A stretch of 64,000 bases of DNA from Actinomycetales bacterium (GTDB lineage: Bacteria > Actinomycetota > Actinomycetes > Actinomycetales > JAHECE01), in assembly GCA_029975645.1 (NCBI GenBank), contig JARKOU010000037.1, positions 7,397 to 71,396 on the forward strand, given 5' to 3'. Position numbers and translations under genes: made by a program. Under the pieces are notes generated by a model. It was given only the letters and a program-made list of their open reading frames with translations, did no database searches and was not told where the DNA came from. Shown piece by piece: positions 27,639 to 36,479 of this stretch (within the stretch, counting starts at the first letter, position 1; each line of letters opens with the position of its first letter).

Positions 27639-27685
27639 AAGCCCCCGCCGCCCGCGGGCGCCCGTAGGCGGAGGACGATGGCCGT

Positions 27686-30382
27686 GTGAGGAGGCGGGGT
27701 CGGGAGAGGGCGCCGACAGGCGACGGCCGGGGTGTGCCTCACGCCGGAACGCCCGGCCACCCGGCAGATCACGCAGGCCAGGCCCGCACGCCCGGCCAGC
27801 CAGCAGAGCGCGCAAGCCAGGCCCGCACGGCCGGCCACCCGCCCGATCCCCTCGCCGCCTTCTGGTCCCTGGACCAGGCCACCGCCTTGAGCACCCTCGC
27901 GGCCACGCCCACCGGACTGACCAGCGCTGAGGCCGCCGAGCGCCTGCGCCGCAACGGACCCAACCGCGTCGCCCATCCGCGCCGCGCCCGGGGCGCCCGC
28001 CTGTTGCTGGCCCAGTTCACCAGCCCGATCATCCTGATCCTGGTGGGGGCGACCGTGGTCTCCATGGCGCTCGGAGACACCACCGACGGCGGGATCATCC
28101 TCGCCATCATCGTGGCCAGTGGCCTGCTCGGGTTCTGGCAGGAGCGCGGGGCGGGCCGCGCCGTCGACGCCCTCCTCGCGCAGGTCCGCGTGGAGGCCGA
28201 GGTGCTGCGCGACGGCCGCGAGGTCCCGCTCGCCACGGAGGACCTGGTGGCGGGCGACGTCGTCGTCCTGCGCGCGGGCGACGTGGTCCCCGCCGACTGC
28301 CTGGTGCTCGCCTCCCGCAGCCTGCTGGTGGACCAGAGCGCGCTGACCGGCGAGTCCTTCCCCGCGGAGAAGGCGCCGGGCCGGGTGGACGCCGACGCCG
28401 CCCTGGCCACCCGCACGAACGCCCTCTTCCTCGGCACGCACGTGGCAAGCGGCGCCGGCCGGGCGCTCGTGACCCGCACCGGCGTCCGGACGGAGTTCGG
28501 GGCCCTGACGGCCGAGATGGCCGAGCGCGACGTGGTCACCCGGTTCGAACGAGGCCTCACCGCGTTCGGCCTGCTGCTCGTGCGGGCCATGCTCGTGCTG
28601 GTCACGGCGATCTTCGTGGTCAACCTCGTGCTCCGGCGGCCCGTGGTGGACTCGGTCCTGTTCTCGCTCGCGCTCGCCGTGGGCCTGACGCCGCAGTTGC
28701 TCCCCGCGATCGTGGCGGTGAGCCTGGCGGCCGGCGCCAAGCGCATGGCGGCGGAGAAGGTGATCGTCAAGCGGCTCGACGCTATCGAGGACATCGGCGG
28801 CATGACGGTGCTGTGCACGGACAAGACCGGCACGCTCACGGTCGGGACACCCGTGCTCGACGGCGCCCTGGACCTCGACGGGACGCCCTCGGCCCAGGTC
28901 CTGGCCCTCGCCCGCCTGAACGCCGGCCTCCAGAGCGGGTTCGCCAACCCGGTGGACGCCGCGGCGCTCGCCGGCGCCGAGCCCGTCGATCCAGCCCTGC
29001 GCCTCGACGAGGTCCCCTACGACTTCACCCGCAGGCGCCTCTCCGTGCTGGTCGGCGCGGTCGAGGGGAGTGACGACGACGGCGCCCCGCTCCTGGGCGC
29101 CCCGCTCCTGATCACGAAAGGCGCCTTCGCTCAGGTTCTCGCAGTGTGCACGACGGCGCGGGTGGGCCCCGCCGAGGTGCCGGTGGGCCACGCGCGTGCC
29201 GCCGTCGACGCCCGCTTCGCGAGCCTCAGCGCCCAGGGCTACCGGGTGCTGGCGGTCGCGACGCGCGCGATGCCCGGGCGCACCGACGCCGGCCCCGACG
29301 ACGAGGCCGGCCTCACCCTGCGCGGCCTCCTGGCCTTCCGTGACCCGCCCAAGTCCGGCGCCGCGGAGGCGGTGGCCGACCTCGCCCGGCTCGGCGTCTC
29401 CGTGCGGCTCGTCACCGGCGACAACGTGCTCGCAGCCGGGCAGGTGGCGGGCGCCGTCGGCCTCGACGCCTCGGATGCGCTCACCGGGGCGCAGGTCGCG
29501 GCGCTCGACGACGCCGCGCTGGCTGCCGCCGTCCCGCGCTGTGCCGTGTTCGCCGAGGTGGAGCCCCTCCACAAGGAACGGATCGTGGCGGCGCTGCGCA
29601 CGCACGGGGAGACGGTCGGCTTCCTGGGCGACGGGATCAACGACGCCGCCGCCCTCCACGCCGCGGACGTGGGGGTGTCCGTGGACACCGCCGTCGACGT
29701 CGCGAAACAGGCCGCCGCCATCGTCCTGCTGGACAAGAGCCTGGACGTGGTGGCCGACGGCGTCCGCCTGGGCCGCCGCACCTTCGCGAACACCCTCAAG
29801 TACGTGCGCGTCACCACGAGTGCGAACTTCGGGAACATGCTGAGCATGGCCGCTGCGGCCGCGTTCCTGCCGTTCCTGCCCCTGCTGCCGCGGCAGATCC
29901 TCCTGCTCAACTTCCTCTCCGACATCCCGGGCACCACGATCGCGGCCGACCACGTGGACCCCGAGCAGGTGCAGCGGCCACCGGCGTGGGACGTGCGCTC
30001 GATCCGGACGTTCATGGTGACGTTCGGGCTGGTCAGCTCGGTGTTCGACGTGCTGACGTTCGTCGCGCTGCGGGAGGTGTTCGACGCCGGTGCCGAGTTG
30101 TTCCGCAGCGGCTGGTTCGTGGAGAGCACGGCCACCGAGTTGGCGGTGATGCTCGTGCTGCGCACGTGGCGGCCGTTCTGGCGGAGCCGACCGGCACCCG
30201 CGCTGCTGTGGTCGAGCGTGGCGGTGGCGGCGGTGACGGTGGCGCTGCCGTTCAGCCCGCTCGCCGGGTCGCTCGGGCTCGTGCCGCTGCCGTGGCCGCT
30301 GCTCGGTGGGCTCGTGGTGCTCCTGGTGTTCTACGTGGTGGCGAACGAGGTGGCGAAGCGGTGGGCGCCGTCGGGCGGGTGA
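27686..30382 (+). CDS. mgtA: Magnesium-importing P-type ATPase (MgtA-type, P3B)
   Basis: AVGLTPQLLPAIV..KVIVKRLDAIEDIGGMTVLCTDKTGTLT, TGDN, GDGINDAAALHAADVG and TSANFGNMLSMAAAAAFLPFLPLLP closely follow the MgtA pattern. Start uncertain (GTG 27686 with GGAGGA 10 nt upstream, or GTG 27737). Confidence 0.85.
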   Translation: MRRRGRERAPTGDGRGVPHAGTPGHPADHAGQARTPGQPAERASQARTAGHPPDPLAAFWSLDQATALSTLAATPTGLTSAEAAERLRRNGPNRVAHPRRARGARLLLAQFTSPIILILVGATVVSMALGDTTDGGIILAIIVASGLLGFWQERGAGRAVDALLAQVRVEAEVLRDGREVPLATEDLVAGDVVVLRAGDVVPADCLVLASRSLLVDQSALTGESFPAEKAPGRVDADAALATRTNALFLGTHVASGAGRALVTRTGVRTEFGALTAEMAERDVVTRFERGLTAFGLLLVRAMLVLVTAIFVVNLVLRRPVVDSVLFSLALAVGLTPQLLPAIVAVSLAAGAKRMAAEKVIVKRLDAIEDIGGMTVLCTDKTGTLTVGTPVLDGALDLDGTPSAQVLALARLNAGLQSGFANPVDAAALAGAEPVDPALRLDEVPYDFTRRRLSVLVGAVEGSDDDGAPLLGAPLLITKGAFAQVLAVCTTARVGPAEVPVGHARAAVDARFASLSAQGYRVLAVATRAMPGRTDAGPDDEAGLTLRGLLAFRDPPKSGAAEAVADLARLGVSVRLVTGDNVLAAGQVAGAVGLDASDALTGAQVAALDDAALAAAVPRCAVFAEVEPLHKERIVAALRTHGETVGFLGDGINDAAALHAADVGVSVDTAVDVAKQAAAIVLLDKSLDVVADGVRLGRRTFANTLKYVRVTTSANFGNMLSMAAAAAFLPFLPLLPRQILLLNFLSDIPGTTIAADHVDPEQVQRPPAWDVRSIRTFMVTFGLVSSVFDVLTFVALREVFDAGAELFRSGWFVESTATELAVMLVLRTWRPFWRSRPAPALLWSSVAVAAVTVALPFSPLAGSLGLVPLPWPLLGGLVVLLVFYVVANEVAKRWAPSGG
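27749..27845. repeat. 39-bp in-frame tandem repeat x2.4, encoding TPG[HQ]PA[DE][HR]A[GS]QAR units
   Basis: Units start at 27749, 27788 and 27827 (partial), read directly. Confidence 0.8.
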
Positions 30383-30416
30383 CGGGAGGCCGAGGGACGA
30401 TCGTCCCTCGCCCGTC
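30381..30416 (+). terminator. Candidate intrinsic-terminator hairpin after mgtA (20-bp perfect palindrome CGAGGGACGATCGTCCCTCG inside GACGGG..CCCGTC)
   Basis: Palindrome read at 30391-30410, immediately after the TGA at 30380-30382. There is no U-tract, which is common in high-GC actinobacteria. Confidence 0.45.
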
Positions 30417-30455
30417 CCGCCGGACGACGTCGGCGCTCGGACCGAGGAGGCAGCG

Positions 30456-30845
30456 ATGGCTCGGCAGGTGAGGGTCCCGGCGCCGGGAAGCGAGCCCGAC
30501 CCGCCACCGGCCCCGACCGATCGCGCCCGCCGCGACCTCCGCCTCGCCTGGGTGAACGTCGCGCTGATCGTCCCGTCGATCGTGCTCGCCACCTTCCTCG
30601 CCGGCGGGATCCTCGCGCTCCAGGGCTTCACCGGCGACCCGGGAGAGTCCGTGCCCCTCGCCCCGACGCTGCTCGCGGCGGTGCCCGCGATGCTCGTGGT
30701 GCTCGCCACGACGGCCACCGCTGCCTGGCTCGGTGTGCGGGCCTGTCGCGGCGGGGCGAACGGCGGGTGGATCCCCGCGTTGATCGGGGGCGCCGTCGGC
30801 GGCTGGTTCCTCCTGGTGAACCTGCTCGCGCTTCTGATCGGCTGA
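30456..30845 (+). CDS. Hypothetical small membrane protein (about 4 TM)
   Basis: Inner part of ORF 30306..30845. ATG at 30456 with SD AGGAGG. Hydrophobic segments LAWVNVALIVPSIVLATFLAGGILAL and WIPALIGGAVGGWFLLVNLLALLIG. Confidence 0.6.
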   Translation: MARQVRVPAPGSEPDPPPAPTDRARRDLRLAWVNVALIVPSIVLATFLAGGILALQGFTGDPGESVPLAPTLLAAVPAMLVVLATTATAAWLGVRACRGGANGGWIPALIGGAVGGWFLLVNLLALLIG

Positions 30846-30873
30846 CGCCGGATCGCCCGGAGGGCCCCGCCGG

Positions 30874-32469
30874 TCAGTCGCCGCCTGCGCGGTCGCCCTG
30901 GGCTGCCACCGCGGCGTCGACGGCCCCGATCGCGGCGGTGAGCGCCGCGGCCTCCGCAGGAGTGATCGATTCCTCACGGGCCGAGGCCCCGGCGCGGCGG
31001 GAGAGGTCCCGCAGGCGGGTCTGGACCTGACGGTCGCGGCCGTCGTCGATCGCCTGGTCGAGTTGCTCCCAGCGGTTGAGCAGCTCCGTCCGCGCCGCCA
31101 GCGACTCGCGCGTCTCGGTGTCGATCGCCTCGATCGCGCCGAGGAGCGCGACCATCGCCGCGTCGAGGTCCTGCGGCGCGGGCGCGGGAGCAGTGATGGT
31201 GGGGCTCTGCGTGGGCGTCGGGGTCGGGGTGGGCGTCGGTGTGGGGACGGGGCCCACGCTCGTGCTGCTCTCGATGCGGGGTGGTCCGGGCGGCACCGGG
31301 TCCGGCCGGAACAGCGTCCCGAGCCCGACGGCGATCAGGGCCACCGCGGCGATCCCGGCGACCAGGATCGGCAGCGCTCGCCACGAGGCGCCGTCGTCGC
31401 CGCGGTCGCTCGCCGCGCCGCTGCTTGCCGCGCCCTCGCCAGCCGAGCGGCCGGCCTTCGAGACAGAGGACGACGACGGCGCCGCCGCGGCCTCGAGTCG
31501 TTCCGTGGCCCGAGCAGCGGGTTCGACGGCCGGCGCCGCCGCGCCGACCGCAGGCAGCGCCCGCGTGCCGCCCGCGGCGGGGAGCGCCGTCGTCGGACGG
31601 TCCGCGTCCGCCGCGGGAACCACGCGGGTGGCCGACGCCGTCTCCCCGCCCCTCAGGCGGGCGAGGGCGTCGCGCACCTCGGCCGCACCCGGGCGCGCCG
31701 CCGGGTCCTTGGCGAGCATCGTGTCGAGGAGTCGGCTCAGGTCCGCGGGCGCGCCGGGCAGGCGCTCGGCCAGCGACGGCGCGGCGTCGTCGACGTGCCC
31801 GCGCAGCACGGCCACGGGGTGCTCGGCCGTGAAGGGCGGGGCGCCGGTGAGCAGGGCGTACAGGAGGCAGCCGAGGGAGTAGACGTCTGCGGCGGGGGAC
31901 ACCGGCGCGCCGGACGCCTGCTCCGGCGCCATGTACTCGGCCGTGCCGAGCGTGCTGCCGGGCGCGGTGAGCGCGGTCTCGGCCGAGCGCGCGAGGGCCG
32001 CGATCCCGAAGTCCACCACCGTCACCCGCGCGCCGTCGAGCAGCACGTTCGCGGGCTTGACGTCGCGGTGGACCACGCCGATGGTGTGCGCGGCGGCCAG
32101 GGCGTCGGCGACGCGCTCGCCCACGTGGAGCGCCTGGGGCAGGGGGAGCGCCCCGCGCTCGCGCAGGGTCGCGGCCAGGTCGCGCCCGGGCAGGAACTCC
32201 ATGACGAGGAAGGCGGTGGTGCCGGCGCCGTCGTCGTCGGGAACCAGGCCGGCGTCGTGGACGGTGACGATGTTCGGGTGCGTGAGGGCGGCCGTGGCCA
32301 CCGCCTCGCGGCGGAACCGCGCTGCGAGCGTGGGGTCCGAGCCCGGGCCGATGTGCACGGTCTTCACCGCGACCCGCCGGTCGAGCACCGTGTCGCGCGC
32401 CTCCCACACCTGGCCCATGCCGCCACGGCCCAGGGAGCGCACGAGGTCGTACCGTCCGGCCAGGATCAC
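30874..32469 (-). CDS. Ser/Thr protein kinase (Hanks type): one TM, PT-repeat linker and a ~100-aa helical extracytoplasmic domain
   Basis: Inner part of ORF 30874..34035. GTG at 32469 is the only start near the kinase N-terminus. LGRGGMGQVW, VAVK, HRDVKPANVLL, DFG and APE. TM is ALPILVAGIAAVALIAVGLGTLF. Confidence 0.85.
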   Translation of the reverse strand: MILAGRYDLVRSLGRGGMGQVWEARDTVLDRRVAVKTVHIGPGSDPTLAARFRREAVATAALTHPNIVTVHDAGLVPDDDGAGTTAFLVMEFLPGRDLAATLRERGALPLPQALHVGERVADALAAAHTIGVVHRDVKPANVLLDGARVTVVDFGIAALARSAETALTAPGSTLGTAEYMAPEQASGAPVSPAADVYSLGCLLYALLTGAPPFTAEHPVAVLRGHVDDAAPSLAERLPGAPADLSRLLDTMLAKDPAARPGAAEVRDALARLRGGETASATRVVPAADADRPTTALPAAGGTRALPAVGAAAPAVEPAARATERLEAAAAPSSSSVSKAGRSAGEGAASSGAASDRGDDGASWRALPILVAGIAAVALIAVGLGTLFRPDPVPPGPPRIESSTSVGPVPTPTPTPTPTPTQSPTITAPAPAPQDLDAAMVALLGAIEAIDTETRESLAARTELLNRWEQLDQAIDDGRDRQVQTRLRDLSRRAGASAREESITPAEAAALTAAIGAVDAAVAAQGDRAGGD

Positions 32470-32595
32470 GCCTCCATGGTCGCATCCGCGTCGCGCCCCC
32501 TTGGCCGCCGCGGCTCCACCCGCGAGGATGGCGACCTGCCCTCCCGAGCGCGCGCCGTCGTCGTCGTGCGTGGACCCCCTGCCCGAGGAGCCCCG

Positions 32596-34191
32596 ATGCG
32601 ACGCCGTCCCGCGATCACCCTCGCCGCGCTCGCGGCCACCACCGCCCTCGCGCTCGCGGCCTGCACCCCGCCCGGCCCGACGGCCGGACCCACGGTGGTC
32701 CTCGCCGACAGCCCCAGCGGGGACGTGGTCGCCGTCCCGGCCGACGGCGTGCAGCGGGCCGTCGACGCCCTGCCCGGGATCGTGGAGCGCGTCCGGGAGC
32801 AGGTGGGCGTGCCGGGGATCGCCGCCGCCGTGGTGCACGACGGCGAGACGGTGTTCTCCGACGGCTTCGGCGTCCGGGAACTCGGCTCGGACGCGGCCGT
32901 GGACGCGGACACCGTGTTCCAGATCGCCTCCATGTCCAAGCCGATCGGCGCCACGGTGGTCGCCACGCAGGTGGCCGACGGCGTGATCACCTGGGACACG
33001 CCGGTCACCGACGTGATGCCCACGTTCGCGCTCGCGGACCCCTGGGTGAGCGAGCACGTCACCGTGGGCGACCTCTACGCCCACCGCTCCGGCCTGCCCC
33101 AGGCCGCCGGCGACGACCTCGAGGACATCGGCTACGACCGCGCGTACGTGCTCTCCCGCCTTGCGCTGCAGCCCCTCGACGAGTTCCGCGCCTCCTACCA
33201 CTACGCGAACTTCGGCCTGACGGCCGGGGCCGAGGCCGTGGCGACGGCGGCCGGCACGGACTGGGCCACGCTCTCCGAGCGCGCGCTGTACGAACCGCTC
33301 GGCATGACGTCCACGAGTTCGCGGTACGCGGACTTCCTCGACCGCGAGAACCGGGCGACGCTGCACACGGTGGTCGACGGCGAGTTCCAGGCGGTGTACG
33401 AGCGTGACCCGGACGAGCAGTCGCCGGCGGGCGGGGTGTCCTCGAGCGCCAACGACGTCGCCCGGTGGATGACGCTGGTCCTGGGCGAGGGGACGCTCGA
33501 CGGCGAGGAGGTCATCCCCGCGGACGCCCTGACCCCGGCGCTGAACCCCCACGCCTTCACCGGCCACGGCGGGCCGCCCGCGAACCGGCCGTCGATGTAC
33601 GGGTACGGCTTCAACGTGGGCGTGGACGCGACTGGACGTGTGCAGCTGAGCCACTCCGGGGCGTTCGTGCAGGGCGCGGCCACGAACGTGCGTCTGGTGC
33701 CGGACCTGGGTCTCGGCATCGTGGTGCTCACCAACGCCGCGCCGGTGGGGGCCGCCGAGGCGATCACGTCGGAGTTCGTGGACCTCGCGGAGTTCGGGGC
33801 CGTCACGCGCGACTGGGTGGCCGGCTACGGGCAGGCGCTCGGGCACTACCTCGACCCGGCCGGGGACCTGGCCGGCCAGGACGCCCCCGCCGACCCCGCG
33901 CCGTCGGCCCCTCTCGAGACCTACGCCGGGGAGTACGCGAGCGCGTACTTCGGGACGGCGCGTGTGGCGGTCGACGGCGCGTCGCTGGTGGTGCGGCTGG
34001 GGCCGGACGGCGGGTACGAGCTGCCGCTCACGCACTGGGACGGCGACACGTTCGCCGCGGTCCCCACCGGCGAGAACGCCCCCGACGGCTCGCTCACCTC
34101 GGTGACGTTCGTGCGCGACTCCGCGGGCGTGGCCCGGGAGATGACGATCGCCTTCTTCGACGCCAACGGCCTGGGGACCTGGGTGCGGTAG
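32596..34191 (+). CDS. Serine hydrolase of the beta-lactamase/class-C/D-aminopeptidase fold; predicted lipoprotein
   Basis: Inner part of ORF 31063..34191. ATG at 32596 with SD GAGGAG. Lipobox LALAAC, SMSK (SxxK), YANFG (YxN) and HSG. Confidence 0.85.
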   Translation: MRRRPAITLAALAATTALALAACTPPGPTAGPTVVLADSPSGDVVAVPADGVQRAVDALPGIVERVREQVGVPGIAAAVVHDGETVFSDGFGVRELGSDAAVDADTVFQIASMSKPIGATVVATQVADGVITWDTPVTDVMPTFALADPWVSEHVTVGDLYAHRSGLPQAAGDDLEDIGYDRAYVLSRLALQPLDEFRASYHYANFGLTAGAEAVATAAGTDWATLSERALYEPLGMTSTSSRYADFLDRENRATLHTVVDGEFQAVYERDPDEQSPAGGVSSSANDVARWMTLVLGEGTLDGEEVIPADALTPALNPHAFTGHGGPPANRPSMYGYGFNVGVDATGRVQLSHSGAFVQGAATNVRLVPDLGLGIVVLTNAAPVGAAEAITSEFVDLAEFGAVTRDWVAGYGQALGHYLDPAGDLAGQDAPADPAPSAPLETYAGEYASAYFGTARVAVDGASLVVRLGPDGGYELPLTHWDGDTFAAVPTGENAPDGSLTSVTFVRDSAGVAREMTIAFFDANGLGTWVR

Positions 34192-34204
34192 CGGGCGGGC
34201 CGGG

Positions 34205-34870
34205 CTAGTCGAGGGTGCTCGGGCCGACGTGGGCGTCCAGCCATGCGGTCCACGCCCTCGCCGCGCGCCAGCCGTCGACCACCACGTCGAGGCAGCGGGC
34301 CTCGAACAGCCACGGCGCGGGCTCGTGCGTGCGGCTGACGGTGAGGCTCGTGCGTCGCAGCAGCGCGATCCGCGGGTGGTCCTTCGACCAGCCGCGCGGG
34401 GCGGACTTCAGCGGCTCGCCGTCGTCGAGCGGGTACCCGCGCGCGGCCAGGTCGGCGAGGGTGGCGTCGAGGTCGGCGGAGGCGACGGCGTCGTCCTGGA
34501 GGCGGCGGAAGCGCTCGAGCTGGTCGCGCACGGGCCGGTGGTAGCCGCCCGCCACGAAGAGCCCGTCCGTAGAGAGCGCGGCGTAGAGCCCGCCGACCAC
34601 GGGCTGCGCGTCGCCGGCCAGCGCCGCGACGGCGGCGTGCTCCTGGTACGGCCGCTTGTCCGCGCTGAACCGCACGTCGCGGTAGGGGCGGAAGATCTTG
34701 ATCGCGCCGAACTCGGGCTCGAGGGCCTCCGCCAGGGCTGCGAGCGGCTCGGCCACCTCGCGGCGGTACGCCTCGGCGTGCGCCTGCCAGTACGTGCGGC
34801 TGTTGTCCGCGGCCAGGCCCTCGTAGAAGTCGAGCGCGCCCTCGCCGAAGCCCGTGAACGACGTCGTCAC
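34205..34870 (-). CDS. DUF2461 (TIGR02453) family protein
   Basis: GTG at 34870 with SD GAAGGGAGG. FYEGLAADNSRTYWQAH and FRPYRDVRFSADKRPYQ. Confidence 0.8.
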   Translation of the reverse strand: MTTSFTGFGEGALDFYEGLAADNSRTYWQAHAEAYRREVAEPLAALAEALEPEFGAIKIFRPYRDVRFSADKRPYQEHAAVAALAGDAQPVVGGLYAALSTDGLFVAGGYHRPVRDQLERFRRLQDDAVASADLDATLADLAARGYPLDDGEPLKSAPRGWSKDHPRIALLRRTSLTVSRTHEPAPWLFEARCLDVVVDGWRAARAWTAWLDAHVGPSTLD

Positions 34871-34930
34871 GTCCCCCTCCCTTCGACCGATCTCAGCGGG
34901 GAGCGGGCCCAAGGTCTCACGACGCGATGC

Positions 34931-34992
34931 GTCGAGTTCGACGTTCTGGGGCGTTGCCCGGCCCGACGACGCCCCGAAACGTCGATCTCGCC
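34931..34992. repeat. REP-like palindromic element, copy E
   Basis: GTCGAGTTCGACGTTCTGGGGCGT, tgcccggcccgacg, ACGCCCCGAAACGTCGATCTCGCC. Confidence 0.85.
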
Positions 34993-35017
34993 GCCGTCGG
35001 CGGGTTCTCGGCGAGGC

Positions 35018-36310
35018 TCAGCGGGTCCCGCCGAGCCCTTGCCGGTCCGCGGTGAGGGCGGTGCGGGCGAGGTCGGGGTCCGTCGTCGCGCTCGTGACGG
35101 AGGCGACCAGTCGCTCGCGCACCGCCAGCAGCGCCGGCCCGCGGCGGTCCGGGGTGTCGGTCACCAGGTCGTCGATCAGGGCGACGAGGCGCCGGGTCAC
35201 CTGGGGCTGGTCGCTGCCGAACGCCATCACCTCCAGGAGCGCGAGGTCGACGACGTCGGACCACGACGGCCCGCGGAGTACCACCCGGCCGGGGTCGGCG
35301 GTGAGCGTGCGCGAGCCGAGCGGGAGCTCGGCGACCGTCCGCAGGATCTCCTCGATCTCGTCCAGGGCGCGCACCGCGGTGGTGGGGTCGTTGATCCCCG
35401 GGGAGAGCGCCTTCAGGGCGATGTCCACGATGAGGCGCAGCGAGTACATGGGGTCGTAGCGCAGCGACCGCTCGACGTCGACCACCACGCTGCGCGTTGC
35501 GGCGCGGGCAGCGCGCCGATCGAGCGCCCGGTCCACCCGGATGATCGGCGAGCCGTGAGTCACCGAGTCCCCGACCCGGACCAGCAGCCGGATCGTCAGG
35601 CGGTGGCGCCGGGCGAGGCGCATGAGACGCCTGCCGTCGATGGCGACCACCTGCCCGGTGCGTCCGCCGTGGCGCAGGATCCGGACGGCGTCGTCGTCGG
35701 ACTCCTCCGCGGTGTCGGCGCCGTCCAGGCCCACGCGGGAGGGCGGGGACAGGCGGCGGGGGAACTGGCGGCGCGCCTGCCGGCCGAGCGCGGAGAGCAC
35801 CGCGTCCACACGGACCCGGCGACCGATCGAGTGCAGCAGCGCGATGAAGCCGACCAGGCTGGTCAGCAACAGGACCACGGAGAACGCGACGGCCATCTGG
35901 GGAGCGAAGTCGGACCGGCCGAACGACCCGATCTCGAGCAGGCTGAGAAACGTGAACGTGATGGTGAGCAGGAAGATCGCGAGGATCACCTGCGTGGAGC
36001 GTGCGCGCAGGAAGTAGGAGACGGTCCGCGGGGAGTACTGGGACGAGCCGAACTGCAGCACGAGCACCACGAACGAGAAGACGAAGCCGGTGAACGTGAC
36101 CATGCCGCCGCCGATCGCGGCGAGCACCTGGCCCGCGGCGGCGCCCGAGATGGCCGAGGCCTCGGCCGATTCGAGGACGACGGCGGTCAACTCGTCGAAG
36201 ACGGACGTGAGGGTCTGGAGGAGGACGCCTAGGAGGACCCCGCTCAGCGGGATCACCCAGAACGCGCGCTCCCACCACAGCCGCAGCCTCGGCAGGGTCA
36301 ACCGGCGCAC
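35018..36310 (-). CDS. DUF2254-family membrane protein (paralog 1)
   Basis: N-terminal 4 TM with LQFGSSQYSPRTVSYFLRAR, then a soluble C-terminal domain. Similar to 52658..53989. Confidence 0.75.
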   Translation of the reverse strand: MRRLTLPRLRLWWERAFWVIPLSGVLLGVLLQTLTSVFDELTAVVLESAEASAISGAAAGQVLAAIGGGMVTFTGFVFSFVVLVLQFGSSQYSPRTVSYFLRARSTQVILAIFLLTITFTFLSLLEIGSFGRSDFAPQMAVAFSVVLLLTSLVGFIALLHSIGRRVRVDAVLSALGRQARRQFPRRLSPPSRVGLDGADTAEESDDDAVRILRHGGRTGQVVAIDGRRLMRLARRHRLTIRLLVRVGDSVTHGSPIIRVDRALDRRAARAATRSVVVDVERSLRYDPMYSLRLIVDIALKALSPGINDPTTAVRALDEIEEILRTVAELPLGSRTLTADPGRVVLRGPSWSDVVDLALLEVMAFGSDQPQVTRRLVALIDDLVTDTPDRRGPALLAVRERLVASVTSATTDPDLARTALTADRQGLGGTR

Positions 36311-36479
36311 GGCATAGTCCCCAGCGCTCGACGTGCCGTCATGCGGGCACGGTAGCCGCCGGAACCTGGCGCCGGACGCCTGTCGAGTGGCGGCATCGGC
36401 CCTCCGGCGATACTGTGACGATTAAGCGCAGGTGAGGGCCTTGCGGGGCGTTACGGATTCGGGAGTGTGGGAGAGCGAC

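Larger units (their letters stand above)
27386..27737. repeat. Imperfect tandem duplication (~195 bp, then ~155 bp) forming the leader of the mgtA-like gene
   Basis: 27386-27450 matches 27581-27645, and 27504-27560 (GACGATGGCCGTGTGAGGAGGCGGGGTC..GCCGAC.GGCGACGG) matches 27674-27730. Copy 2 lacks about 38 nt. Confidence 0.85.

Noticed and set aside
27265-27685. M-box (ykoK) Mg2+ riboswitch upstream of the mgtA-type gene
   Set aside because: I could not recognise the conserved M-box core by eye, and the region is instead explained by a tandem duplication carrying REP-like hairpins. A covariance-model scan (Rfam RF00380) would be needed to exclude it formally.
26021-30718. 1565-aa minus-strand ORF, the longest in the track
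   Set aside because: It runs antisense across the epimerase end, the DUF559 region, the repeat-filled intergenic region and the whole mgtA-type gene. Its composition is dominated by R/P/G/A and no domain motifs are seen. The + strand MgtA motifs are unambiguous.
32470-34035. Upstream extension of the kinase ORF (30874..34035 minus) and extension of the hydrolase ORF back to 31063
   Set aside because: The extensions overlap the neighbouring real gene on the other strand and lack motifs. The kinase domain begins right at GTG 32469, and the lipoprotein signal peptide begins at ATG 32596.
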